From NCBI RefSeq assembly GCF_963921235.1, contig NC_086097.1, positions 19,840,001 through 19,904,000 of the forward strand: a stretch of DNA of 64,000 nt. The letters run 5' to 3'. Shown here in pieces: positions 63,791 through 64,000 of the stretch; the first letter of the stretch is position 1, and every line of letters begins with the position of its first letter. The stretch comes from Mobula hypostoma. Lineage: Eukaryota. The position numbers and the translations under genes are program-made. Under the pieces are notes generated by a model. It was given only the letters and a program-made list of their open reading frames with translations, was not told the origin of the DNA and made no database searches.

Positions 63791-64000
63791 AAAAAACAGG
63801 TTTTCACTGTACAGTACCTCAGCACCAGTGTCATTAAAAAACGTATTTCCCAAATTTACCAATGCAAAGGTAGCTACAGCTTGAGAAGCCTATTATTATT
63901 CACAAATGGTGATGCATGTGAAGGGAGTGTTTGAAATAAGCAGCTTCTGATAACCTATTCTTCTTTTTCTCTTTCTTTTGCAGAATTTGGCCTCTGCTGC

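Overview
Repeat-rich vertebrate genomic DNA, most likely from a cartilaginous fish, probably a ray (inferred from HE1/V-SINE, HER1/CR1-like LINE, Rex1/Babar and Penelope repeats). The only host gene I can support is the retinal homeobox gene VSX2 (CHX10) on the minus strand. Coding exon 1 (50952-50535), exon 2 (13041-12957) and exon 3 (10597-10474) splice in frame with canonical GT-AG sites; exons 2 and 3 are absent from the ORF track. I could not find exons 4-5, which presumably lie left of base 1. Intron 1 is 37.5 kb and packed with nested retroelements. About 13 kb of upstream DNA is included, with a CCAAT/TATA-like promoter and candidate homeodomain-site enhancers. The other long ORFs are transposon remnants, tandem-repeat artefacts or N-gaps. 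Best leads: (1) a ~45-bp-stem hairpin in intron 1 that pairs better on the VSX2 sense strand (candidate intronic miRNA); (2) many Penelope-borne minimal hammerhead ribozyme motifs; (3) a 37-copy minisatellite born inside a Tc1 transposase fragment; (4) a twin-priming-type inverted CR1 insertion; (5) a CpG-retention footprint suggesting a hypomethylated domain split by a ~20-kb CpG-poor block. None is proof of a new biological system. TE family names come from recalled motifs and TE boundaries are approximate.
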